Shown here piece after piece: positions 24,847 to 32,849 of a DNA stretch of 57,692 nt; the stretch's first letter is position 1, and each line of letters opens with the position of its first letter. The stretch covers positions 1 to 57,692 of the IMG/VR virus record IMGVR_UViG_3300037755_000365. One strand, 5' to 3'. The translations under genes and the position numbers were made by a program. This stretch comes from a virus. Under the pieces are notes generated by a model. The model worked only from the letters and a program-made list of their open reading frames with translations, had not been told where the DNA came from and made no database searches.

Positions 24847-25094
24847 ATATTGGACGGATAACATTCTCTCCGCATCGTGCTCACACGACCGGCGATTTTG
24901 ATTGCTTGGTGTGCGGGCAATCGGGTGGACACGGGAATCTCCCTTGCCCAAAGCTAGAGTTCGGGCCATCGCCAACTCCGGTATACGCTCCGAATCCGTC
25001 GCCACTGCCGATAGGCGCTCGCCCAACAGACTTTGGTGAAAAGCTCGACCGCATTATCGAATTGCTGGAGCAACTGATTGAGCGCGAGCCATGA
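24843..25094 (+). CDS. hypothetical protein
   Basis: ATG at 24843 overlaps ninB stop (ATGA). Confidence 0.45.
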   Translation: MNIGRITFSPHRAHTTGDFDCLVCGQSGGHGNLPCPKLEFGPSPTPVYAPNPSPLPIGARPTDFGEKLDRIIELLEQLIEREP

Positions 25095-25213
25095 ATAACC
25101 CACGAGTCTGGCCCGAGCACGAGCCCAAACTCTCGCCACGGGCGAAATTCTGGCGAGTCTATGCGTGCGGGCTAGTGGCTGTTGGCATTGGGATAGCGGC
25201 GGCGTGGTTGTGA
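25091..25213 (+). CDS. 40-aa C-terminal-TM peptide (below cutoff)
   Basis: MNNPRVWPEHEPKLSPRAKFWRVYACGLVAVGIGIAAAWL; ATGA coupling. Confidence 0.3.
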   Translation: MNNPRVWPEHEPKLSPRAKFWRVYACGLVAVGIGIAAAWL

Positions 25214-25380
25214 TACCGCCGGATTTCCCGCCGGCGGTCGGGGGCCTGACGCTTGCTCCGGTCGAGCATTCCCAGCCGGTCGGTCAGGTGAGCTAATTTT
25301 AGCATGAACGGTGGCGTGGTTTTAGGTTTCGTTCCCCGACCCTTTAGCGACCCCCACCGACAAAGGGGAGCGGAGGCGGA

Positions 25381-25424
25381 GAGCCGGGCCGGGAAAGCTC
25401 TGCTCGGGCACCCGGCCCGGTCTC
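25381..25424 (+). promoter_or_regulatory. GC-rich hairpin upstream of the Q-like gene
   Basis: CCGGGCCGGG .. 17 nt .. CCCGGCCCGG (10-bp perfect stem, extendable); no U tract; 19 nt upstream of AGGAG-ATG at 25443. Confidence 0.4.
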
Positions 25425-25442
25425 GATGCTAGGAGATTGTAA

Positions 25443-25820
25443 ATGGCGGCAGTAGTTCGTGAAATATCCGATGCTCAAGGCGAGAAGTGGGTCCACAAGC
25501 GGCTCCTTGAGTGGGCTCCCTGGGCGCGTTGTGCGTCTCCTGGAACCGAGGGCACGTCCGAGGGTTACTTACGCGAGAGAACCGATCCAGGGCACCCTGG
25601 CGAGCCGACAGCGGAGATTGCGAGGACGGACAAAGCCGTTGCAAAGATGCGTGTCGAGCGAAAGGATTATTGGCGACCGCTGGCTATGTTCTACCTCGAA
25701 CCTGGCGAGATTTCCGAGTACGAAATCAGCTTGAGGTTCGGGTATTCGTTGGAACGGACAGCGGAGATGCTGCGGCAGGCACGCATTCTGATCGGGTATC
25801 ATTTGAGGCGTGGGGAGTGA
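25443..25820 (+). CDS. late-gene regulator, Q(82)-like antiterminator candidate
   Basis: KRLLEWAPWAR near N-terminus and C-terminal LAMFYLEPGEISEYEISLRFGYSLERTAEMLRQARILIGYHL resemble the phage-82 Q family layout; position between nin-like genes and a promoter-terminator unit. Confidence 0.5.
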   Translation: MAAVVREISDAQGEKWVHKRLLEWAPWARCASPGTEGTSEGYLRERTDPGHPGEPTAEIARTDKAVAKMRVERKDYWRPLAMFYLEPGEISEYEISLRFGYSLERTAEMLRQARILIGYHLRRGE

Positions 25821-26283
25821 GGCAGCAAAAATGGTTGAACGTCTGGAAATTGACTTGACCGATGGGCCTCGCGGCGGAGTGATCGGCAAGATGGTGCCGG
25901 CCGAGAATGGGCGATATGTTGCCCATGATGACTATCAACGGCTTCAGTCCAAGCTCAACGAGGCCAAGCAAAAGATTGCGAAGCTAAGCGATATGCTGGC
26001 CGCTGATCTTGAGATCGTCGGCTATGTGGAGGTGAAGCGCGAGCGCGACGATTTCCGCTCCCGATTGGACGCGGCTCAAAAAACTTGCGGGTTACTGGCC
26101 CAGGAGAGCATGCGGCTTACAGGAAGAAAGCTCGGCGATCCAATCGAGGCTCACGTCGTACGCGAGGACGGCACTCTTGAGCCGGTAACGATCACGGTAG
26201 GTTTGGTAGAGACACGCGAGCAAGATGACACTTACGTCAGCGCCGATCCGGCTGTCATCGAAGCCGACAAGCGCCGCGTTTGA
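25810..26283 (+). CDS. coiled-coil protein, paralogous segment shared with 8086..8589
   Basis: 157 aa; IAKLSDMLAADLEIVGYVEVKRERDD encoded by arm B of the inverted repeat. Confidence 0.55.
   Translation: MGSEAAKMVERLEIDLTDGPRGGVIGKMVPAENGRYVAHDDYQRLQSKLNEAKQKIAKLSDMLAADLEIVGYVEVKRERDDFRSRLDAAQKTCGLLAQESMRLTGRKLGDPIEAHVVREDGTLEPVTITVGLVETREQDDTYVSADPAVIEADKRRV
25975..26052. repeat. 78-bp inverted repeat, arm B (partner 8416..8493)
   Basis: 73/78 identity to reverse complement of arm A. Confidence 0.9.
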
Positions 26284-26297
26284 ATGAGCAAAACCCC

Positions 26298-26325
26298 TTG
26301 AATTCCCTACCCAAACTATTACACT
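26298..26325 (+). promoter_or_regulatory. candidate late promoter (PR-prime-like)
   Basis: TTGAAT-16 nt-TACACT in the 134-nt gap after 26283; followed by hairpin CTCTAGT-tgcc-ACTAGAG and a terminator. Confidence 0.4.
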
Positions 26326-26370
26326 AACGGAATCCCAGCACTCTAGTTGCCACTAGAGCAAGCACACCAG

Positions 26371-26399
26371 AACCCGCCATCGCGCGGGTTTTCGCGTTT
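26371..26399 (+). terminator. intrinsic terminator candidate (tR-prime-like)
   Basis: AACCCGC-catcgc-GCGGGTT followed by TTCGCGTTT; about 70 nt downstream of the candidate promoter and 19 nt before the next start. Confidence 0.55.
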
Positions 26400-26417
26400 A
26401 TAGCCCCGGAGAATTCC

Positions 26418-29075
26418 TTGAAGCGATTCGGTTCGAGCCTTGCGTTCGCCTGCGTGCTATGGGTGGGAATCCCCTTGCCAGACAGCTCCGAAGCGCAGTG
26501 GGTTCGTCCGGACACCAAAGTTGGCACTACGTGGCCCTGCGTAGCTCCCGATGGCGCCGAGTACGACACGCTGTACAAAGGCCCCGGAGCGGCAACGATC
26601 TACTGTAACGGCATGTCCGCTGCTGTTCGGGTGATTGAGGGGATTCTCGGCATGTCGGTAGCCGACGCCGCACTGTCGCTCACGGCGCAACGCTGCGAGG
26701 ACGGACTGATCATCCTCACCGACCCGACGTGCACGCGGGACGACATCGCAACGCTCAGCCTCGACCAGCTCTGCTTACCCTCGATGACCAATATCTCGGC
26801 GGCCTTCGAGGAAAACGTGCGCTCCTGCTGGTCCGGCACTGAGGCAACATCGGCGCTCGACATCTTCATCGACACGGTATCCGGCGACACCGCAGAGGAT
26901 AGCTTCTCGATCGACGGCACGCCGGCCGAGGAAGGCGATAACGTCGTCAACGACAACCTGATGGCCGCGAGCGGCACGCTCCGGTTCCGGGGCGTCGGGG
27001 CAACGCTCACCGTGCAGTCGAGCGGAATCAACTGGGATATCGTCGGAGTGCCGGAGGGCGACCTGAGCCCGCCGACAACCGTACAAGGGTGCATCATCAC
27101 GACCGACGTCGGCTTGATCGAATACACATGCCCTCCTGCAATCGACACGGGCGGCGCAGGCATGTCCTATGTCGAGGTCTACGATGACGCGATGCTCGTC
27201 GAGACGATCAACGTTGCGTCGGGTTTGCAGCTCGATCACTCGTCGCTCGTCGAGTTCGGCACGACCGGATCGCCTATGTACACGCCTGGCGATCTGGAGT
27301 TCGAGATCGAGGATTGCGCGGGCGAGGGACTGCCCGTAACAGGAAACCAAGGCTTCTGCGCGGGCACGCCCCAAGCGGTTTCCGGAGTGTTTTGGGCACA
27401 ATCCTGTACGGCGACTGGCAGCGTGACGACGACCTCCGATTTCTCGTTAACGGGTTGGATGTTCCGAGCGACGAGCAACCCGGCCGACCAGACTGAGCGC
27501 TATATCGCGGCGTGGAAGCAGGTAGACGAAGCACTCACCAACGTTCGCAACTTGTTTCGATGGGTCGTCCAAGATGGCGGCTCGGCGGCTAGCTCGAATC
27601 CCGGTCTGGGCGACTATGACTGCGTAGCGCTGCAACGTATCTCGAACGGAGACTTCCGTGGTCACGCCAAGGATTTCACGGACGAACAGTGGCTACCGCA
27701 AATGACCGACAACGCGCTAGCGTTGCCCGACACGTTGTTCGCCGCGCCGATGTGGCATGCAGCGACCTCTGCCGATTCGGGTGCGCTGGTCTCGTCCACG
27801 ATGACCCAGGCGGGCGTTACCAACGCGCCGTGGTTCTCCGGCAGCTACGAGACGATGGCAGCCGCTGACCTGACTTTCGTCGCGTGCGATGCAGACGATA
27901 ATTGCGCACCTGCGAGCGTGACGTACTCGGCGACGCCCGGAGCACCGCCGATGGCAGGCGCAAAAAACTGGAACCCTGGATTTCAACTGCAAGAGCCGCA
28001 TGTGGGCTGGCTCGCGAATAGTGGCCAATGGTCAGACGTTCAGTCCCGCATTGCCGAGGTGTGCTCGACGACGAATGTAGTTGGCTACCACATCAGATTC
28101 CCGTGGGGTAATTTCGAGCCGACCACGCAAGGTGGTTATACCTTCACGCGAATTGATCAGATGCTGGCAATGCTGGCGGCGTGCGACAAGCAGCTAATCC
28201 TCCAGCTACAGGCGGCCAGCTTTGGCGGCGGCGGCATTTGCTCGCAGGCGGCGCCCCTATATGTCCGCACCGAATCGCAGTACGACGGCGGCGCCATGGT
28301 CGCAAATAGCGGAAACGCTTGTTATGCGCTCGTGTGGAAACAGGCAGTCATGGATCGCTTCATCGCCGCGAAGAGCGCGATCGCGAACCGATATGACGGC
28401 GACCCCAACTTCGAGGGGTTCGTCATCACCGAGACGGCGATTTCGCCGATGCCGGCAGCGGCCGGGTATTCCCCATCGGCACACATCACGCAGCTCAAGC
28501 GGGCCATCGACTCTGCTGCCAGCGAATTCGAACAGACCCAGATCATCGTGTTTTTCAATTATTTGACCGGCTCGAATCCGACGCAGCAAATCGATTTTTT
28601 CCAGCACATCCTCAACGCCGGGGCAATTCATAGCGGCCCGGACACACGCCCTCAAGTGTTGGTCGATTGTCTGTACCAGAGCGGCCCGCCATGTGCGCAC
28701 GACTCGCCCCGCACGAGGAATCCCATCACATCGCGGACTCAAGGCGAGCGCGTCTTGATCGGAGAAACCGGGGGGGTCGATTACCGTGGGCTGATTGGCC
28801 GCATGTGCTCGATACAGGTGAGTTCGCTCGGTACCGGATCGAACAACGGCGGCAACTACATGCCTGAGGAGTTGCTCGATGAGTGCAACACCCTGGCCTC
28901 ACACTACCAAAGCCTGATGTACAAGAACTACCAAACCGGTGGAGAGCCGGACGAGGGAAATTGGAACATGGGCGGGATGCTCGACCCCCGAGGCACCAAG
29001 GACTGGGTAGAAGAGGGCGACTGGATCGTAACGAATACGGACTGCCCGCCTAACGTGACGGCGGGCTGTCTGTGA
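26418..29075 (+). CDS. 885-aa secreted, disulfide-rich protein with C-terminal clan-GH-A-like TIM-barrel glycosidase domain
   Basis: TTG start with GGAG 6 nt upstream; signal-like MKRFGSSLAFACVLWVGIPLPDSSEA; 24 Cys in the mature part; YHIRFPWGNFEPTTQGGYTFTRIDQMLAMLAACDKQLILQL resembles GH42/GH5 beta-strand 2-3 region. Confidence 0.75.
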   Translation: MKRFGSSLAFACVLWVGIPLPDSSEAQWVRPDTKVGTTWPCVAPDGAEYDTLYKGPGAATIYCNGMSAAVRVIEGILGMSVADAALSLTAQRCEDGLIILTDPTCTRDDIATLSLDQLCLPSMTNISAAFEENVRSCWSGTEATSALDIFIDTVSGDTAEDSFSIDGTPAEEGDNVVNDNLMAASGTLRFRGVGATLTVQSSGINWDIVGVPEGDLSPPTTVQGCIITTDVGLIEYTCPPAIDTGGAGMSYVEVYDDAMLVETINVASGLQLDHSSLVEFGTTGSPMYTPGDLEFEIEDCAGEGLPVTGNQGFCAGTPQAVSGVFWAQSCTATGSVTTTSDFSLTGWMFRATSNPADQTERYIAAWKQVDEALTNVRNLFRWVVQDGGSAASSNPGLGDYDCVALQRISNGDFRGHAKDFTDEQWLPQMTDNALALPDTLFAAPMWHAATSADSGALVSSTMTQAGVTNAPWFSGSYETMAAADLTFVACDADDNCAPASVTYSATPGAPPMAGAKNWNPGFQLQEPHVGWLANSGQWSDVQSRIAEVCSTTNVVGYHIRFPWGNFEPTTQGGYTFTRIDQMLAMLAACDKQLILQLQAASFGGGGICSQAAPLYVRTESQYDGGAMVANSGNACYALVWKQAVMDRFIAAKSAIANRYDGDPNFEGFVITETAISPMPAAAGYSPSAHITQLKRAIDSAASEFEQTQIIVFFNYLTGSNPTQQIDFFQHILNAGAIHSGPDTRPQVLVDCLYQSGPPCAHDSPRTRNPITSRTQGERVLIGETGGVDYRGLIGRMCSIQVSSLGTGSNNGGNYMPEELLDECNTLASHYQSLMYKNYQTGGEPDEGNWNMGGMLDPRGTKDWVEEGDWIVTNTDCPPNVTAGCL

Positions 29076-29216
29076 TCAAAACCACGCGTGAGGCGTGCCG
29101 GTATCCGAGTCGATCTCTTCCTGCTCTGGCGGCAGGATGTCCGGTGTCATCCAGATGACGAAGGCGATGATGGCAATCGGTGCGCCGAGGATAGTGAGTA
29201 GCGTGAGTGCAGTCAT
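29076..29216 (-). CDS. 46-aa TM protein on the opposite strand between the two giant genes
   Basis: AAGGAG 6 nt upstream of ATG; MTALTLLTILGAPIAIIAFVIWMTPDILPPEQEEIDSDTGTPHAWF; its ATG and the ATG at 29215 share the palindrome TCATGA. Confidence 0.4.
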   Translation of the reverse strand: MTALTLLTILGAPIAIIAFVIWMTPDILPPEQEEIDSDTGTPHAWF

Positions 29217-31290
29217 GAGGTTCTCCTTGTCGTTTCGCCGGATTCTAGCACTCCTGGTGGTAGGAATTGTGACCTGCTTCACATCTTCCGCCCATGCCGA
29301 GATGACTGTTGGGGCGTCCGACATTCAGTTCGCCGCCACTCACGACGGCTCGTTTGCGCTCTCGGCGATGCCGACCCATGCAGCGGGCGACCTCATCGTG
29401 ACAATCCCGGTCGGGTCAAACGACAAATTCAGTGGCGGCGCTGACGGCGAGACGATTGGGACTGCCATTTCCGGCCACACCGCGCTGCGGGCCAATTTCC
29501 AATCGACCGACACGAATGTTGATCTCGTGGCCGGTGCTCACTGCCGGGTCGCGCTCTCCAGTTCCGAGTCCCCGCCAGAAATTACGACTACATACGCCGA
29601 CAACAATGCGGACGTCGTTGGCATGGGCGTGTTCATCGTGCAGACCGATGGATCGTTCGACTGCGGCAATCTGCCGATTGATATGTCGGCGGGTCTCGCA
29701 GAGGATGAGTTCGGGCACATCGACCACGAGGCGCTAGACGTGACGGGCGACAACCGTCTCGTGATTGCCGTGGGCGTCACCGCCACGACGTACACCGCCG
29801 CTGCGGCACCGACGTTTGCTGACATGATGTGGGCCGAGCTCGACACGCCCGCTGGGATTGATCTGGCTCTGCTGGTTGCCTACGACTTGCAGACAACGGA
29901 AACGGATATTTCGGCGGCCATCGACACGAATGCTTTCGAGCTGACGAGCGAGGCCAACGCGGCTAAGCCCGAGTTGAGCTTCATCTTCAGCATCGGCGAC
30001 GAGGCGGAAACAGCTCCGACAATCACCAGCGCTCTCACCTGCGGCACTCGTGACGCCGATGGAATGAATTGCGCCGTCACGGTAGACGAGGACTCGACGG
30101 GCCACATGGTGGCTTGTCGGGTGAATTCTGCAACACCGACCGATGCGCAGCTCAAAGTAGGCGACTGCACAGGGGATGAGGATGCGCTCGAATACGAGAC
30201 CGCATCTCTCACGGCTACGGTCTCATGGAGTGCGCATTTCACAGGCTTGGCATCTCGTCCGGCCTACGATATCTACTTCATCGCCACGAATGCCGGTGGG
30301 GATTCGGCTCAAGACGCGAACGTAGACGAGGAACGCGGCTGTGCAACGGTGTTCGGCGGTGACTGCGACATCTTCCCGCTCACGTCTTTGGCAATGGCCG
30401 GCTGGGCCGCACTGTCGAACATGGCGGTATTCGGCGATGCAGCCGATGAAACCTTCTGGGGCACGACGACCGAGATAGCAGCCGGTGATTGGGTCGAGAT
30501 CGCGACAGTAGGTAGCATCATCGGCTGCGAGTTCACGCACACGACCACGGGCGATTTCACCGTTGCAGGGGTAGGCGGTGTCGGTGATTGTCCCTCGGCC
30601 AAGGAGAGCGTTCGATTCGGGATTATGAGCGCGACCACGGGCAACCTGTTTGCTTCTGCTGGTGCTACTTATCCCGGCTCATACGAGGGCCAGTACGACT
30701 TTCTCTACTTGAACAATGGTCCGCCGACCTGCCCGGAAGGCTCTGATCATCCGTTCCAAACAGGCGAAGCGTACAGCCGGGATTTCAGCCTAGAGATCAG
30801 CGATCCTGACGGAGACGCGATTGATCTCGCCGTGTTCACCGGAGCGGTCATCAACGGCCTTGCCCATAGTGGTACTGGTAATTTGCTCTACTCCGGCACC
30901 GTCGACGACATGGACGAGGACGAGACCGGGAGTGAGATTACCAGACGATTCGACGATGGGACGGGCGATCACTGTTTCGTTGCCGATGTCGAGTGGCCGA
31001 TCGACACGATTACCGTGCCTGACCTCGTTGGAAGTGACACGGATGAGGCCATTACACTTGAGCTAGCTGCTTTCCCGTTTCGGTCAGAGCCCACACTCGA
31101 CACGAGCGAGACGGACTACAGCGACACAGTGCCCGCGGGCGACATCATCAGCCAAGACCCTGCTGCCAGTACCGAGGTCGCGTTCGATCAGGAGCTGAGC
31201 GGGGTGGTTAGCTTGGGTGAGGAACCGCCACCTTTGGAGGGCGGCAGGGGCGGCAGAAGACCGTTTGGTTTGGGACTAGGGGTGAACTGA
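29215..31290 (+). CDS. 691-aa secreted acidic protein with cadherin/He_PIG-like and C-terminal PASTA-like segments
   Basis: Signal peptide MRFSLSFRRILALLVVGIVTCFTSSAHA; 12 Cys in mature part; ISDPDGDAIDLAVFTGAVINGLAHSGTGNLLYSGTV; VPDLVGSDTDEAI..YSDTVPAGDIISQDPAASTEV..VVSLG. Confidence 0.7.
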   Translation: MRFSLSFRRILALLVVGIVTCFTSSAHAEMTVGASDIQFAATHDGSFALSAMPTHAAGDLIVTIPVGSNDKFSGGADGETIGTAISGHTALRANFQSTDTNVDLVAGAHCRVALSSSESPPEITTTYADNNADVVGMGVFIVQTDGSFDCGNLPIDMSAGLAEDEFGHIDHEALDVTGDNRLVIAVGVTATTYTAAAAPTFADMMWAELDTPAGIDLALLVAYDLQTTETDISAAIDTNAFELTSEANAAKPELSFIFSIGDEAETAPTITSALTCGTRDADGMNCAVTVDEDSTGHMVACRVNSATPTDAQLKVGDCTGDEDALEYETASLTATVSWSAHFTGLASRPAYDIYFIATNAGGDSAQDANVDEERGCATVFGGDCDIFPLTSLAMAGWAALSNMAVFGDAADETFWGTTTEIAAGDWVEIATVGSIIGCEFTHTTTGDFTVAGVGGVGDCPSAKESVRFGIMSATTGNLFASAGATYPGSYEGQYDFLYLNNGPPTCPEGSDHPFQTGEAYSRDFSLEISDPDGDAIDLAVFTGAVINGLAHSGTGNLLYSGTVDDMDEDETGSEITRRFDDGTGDHCFVADVEWPIDTITVPDLVGSDTDEAITLELAAFPFRSEPTLDTSETDYSDTVPAGDIISQDPAASTEVAFDQELSGVVSLGEEPPPLEGGRGGRRPFGLGLGVN

Positions 31291-31628
31291 TGAAAAATAG
31301 GTCGGCCATCATTCTTGTGCTTGTGTTGGCATCAGGCTTCCTCTATGCGCAAGGTCGGAGCACTCAAAATATCGGCCAAGTCGGCGAGTTTTCGATTACG
31401 AACTTCCCTATTCTCGGCGCATTGGCCGCGCAAAGTGACACAGTGAATTTCACTGCTCCTAGCGCACTTAGGGTCAACGCGGATGGTGCGGTTACTGTTA
31501 CGTGCTGGGGCAATCCAGACGCGAACTCGATCACTTTGACATTGGCAGCTGGGGAATTTGTCCCGTGCCAAGTCAAGCGGCTTTGGGATAGCGGAACGGA
31601 CGCAATCACGATTCATCGTTTCTGGTGA
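31290..31628 (+). CDS. 112-aa secreted beta-rich protein
   Basis: Signal peptide MKNRSAIILVLVLASGFLYA; 2 Cys; ATGA coupling with upstream stop. Confidence 0.6.
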   Translation: MKNRSAIILVLVLASGFLYAQGRSTQNIGQVGEFSITNFPILGALAAQSDTVNFTAPSALRVNADGAVTVTCWGNPDANSITLTLAAGEFVPCQVKRLWDSGTDAITIHRFW

Positions 31629-32257
31629 GCATACTGGTTGCAACGCCATGCTACGGCGGGCAGCTCCGGGTTGAGACGTTCAACTCACTCCTCGGCATCG
31701 CTCAGCTTTGTGGGGCTCACGGAATCGAGCTAGACATGCTTTTGACTGGCAATGAGTCAGCCATTACTAGGGGGCGAAGCAATCTTGCGGCTACGTTCCT
31801 GCGGACAGACCGCAAGACGCTCGCGATGATCGATGCCGACATTCAGATTGAGCCTGAGGACTTTCTAAGGCTCGTAGATCTCGACAAGCCGATCAGGGGT
31901 GCGGCGGTGTGCCTCAAGACGCAGGACCACTCAGAAAGCCTCTCGGTGTACCGAGATGGCAAGCGCGTCACGCGGGCCGAGATGCCGGCCGAGCCTTTCG
32001 AGGTAGACTTCATCGGCGGTGCGGTCATGTTCATCGAGCGGGAAGTGCTCGAGAGGCTATCGGCCATTCCAGAGCTTAGCTACACGGACCCGATCAACGG
32101 CGATGGGGCGCATATTTTCATCGAACGGATCGTTGATGGCACTTTGCTCAGCGAGGACTATTCGCTGTGCAGTCTCGCGCGAGAGCACGGGTTTTCCGTT
32201 TGGTGCGATCCGAGCATCAAGGTCACTCATTTCGGGCAAGGGAGTTGGCGAGCATGA
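31625..32257 (+). CDS. GT-A-fold glycosyltransferase
   Basis: GTGA coupling; SILVATPCYGG .. LAMIDADIQIEPEDF (DxD). Confidence 0.65.
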   Translation: MSILVATPCYGGQLRVETFNSLLGIAQLCGAHGIELDMLLTGNESAITRGRSNLAATFLRTDRKTLAMIDADIQIEPEDFLRLVDLDKPIRGAAVCLKTQDHSESLSVYRDGKRVTRAEMPAEPFEVDFIGGAVMFIEREVLERLSAIPELSYTDPINGDGAHIFIERIVDGTLLSEDYSLCSLAREHGFSVWCDPSIKVTHFGQGSWRA

Positions 32258-32574
32258 AAGAGTTAGGAACCTTAAGGCTCCGAGAGATGGCGCTGACGCA
32301 GGCCGAAAAGCAGCACGAAGAGATGGTGCAGCCTCACGTTCCGAGCTACCCCTACGGCCTCCGTTTGAGCCTGGGAGAGGAAGAGCTGAAGAAGCTCGGC
32401 ATTGACATGCCGAACCTGGACGATACTTTCCTCGTGATCGGAGTCGGCAAGGTCAAGGAAGTGTCGGAGCGGGAATACGACGACCACACACACAAGCACG
32501 TCGAGATCCAGCTAGAAAAGCTGACGCTCGAGCCGCAGGACGTAGTGAAGCTCGGCAAGGTGGAGGCTGCCTAA
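32254..32574 (+). CDS. conserved phage hypothetical protein
   Basis: ATG at 32254 (ATGA coupling); YPYGLRLSLGEEELKKLGI motif. Confidence 0.5.
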   Translation: MKELGTLRLREMALTQAEKQHEEMVQPHVPSYPYGLRLSLGEEELKKLGIDMPNLDDTFLVIGVGKVKEVSEREYDDHTHKHVEIQLEKLTLEPQDVVKLGKVEAA

Positions 32575-32627
32575 GCCATTGAAACCTGGTAGGTAGGGTA
32601 GCCAAGCCCGGAGGGAGATCGCCGCTC

Positions 32628-32849
32628 TTACGGCTTCTCAGGCTGCCGTTTCCTGCCAGCGAGGCATTCGAGCGTGAATTGGGCGTGATACGGAATCTTG
32701 TGAGTACCAGATAGCCAGAAACGCATCGTTCTCCGATGAACGCCGATAGCCGCCGCTGCGGAGTTCCCTGAAAGCCCAGCGCGCTTTATTAGTTCCCGAA
32801 GATACTTCGGGTCTGGGTTGTACTTGGACCGGTCTGGCATCAAACCCAT
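32628..32849 (-). CDS. XRE-type HTH protein
   Basis: LRELIKRAGLSGNSAAAAIGVHRRTMRFWLSG; lower GC than surroundings by eye. Confidence 0.6.
   Translation of the reverse strand: MGLMPDRSKYNPDPKYLRELIKRAGLSGNSAAAAIGVHRRTMRFWLSGTHKIPYHAQFTLECLAGRKRQPEKP

Noticed and set aside
25381-25424. GC-rich 10-bp-stem hairpin as an intrinsic terminator before the Q-like gene
   Set aside because: There is no U/T tract after the stem (tctcgatgc follows). It was kept only as a possible regulatory structure.
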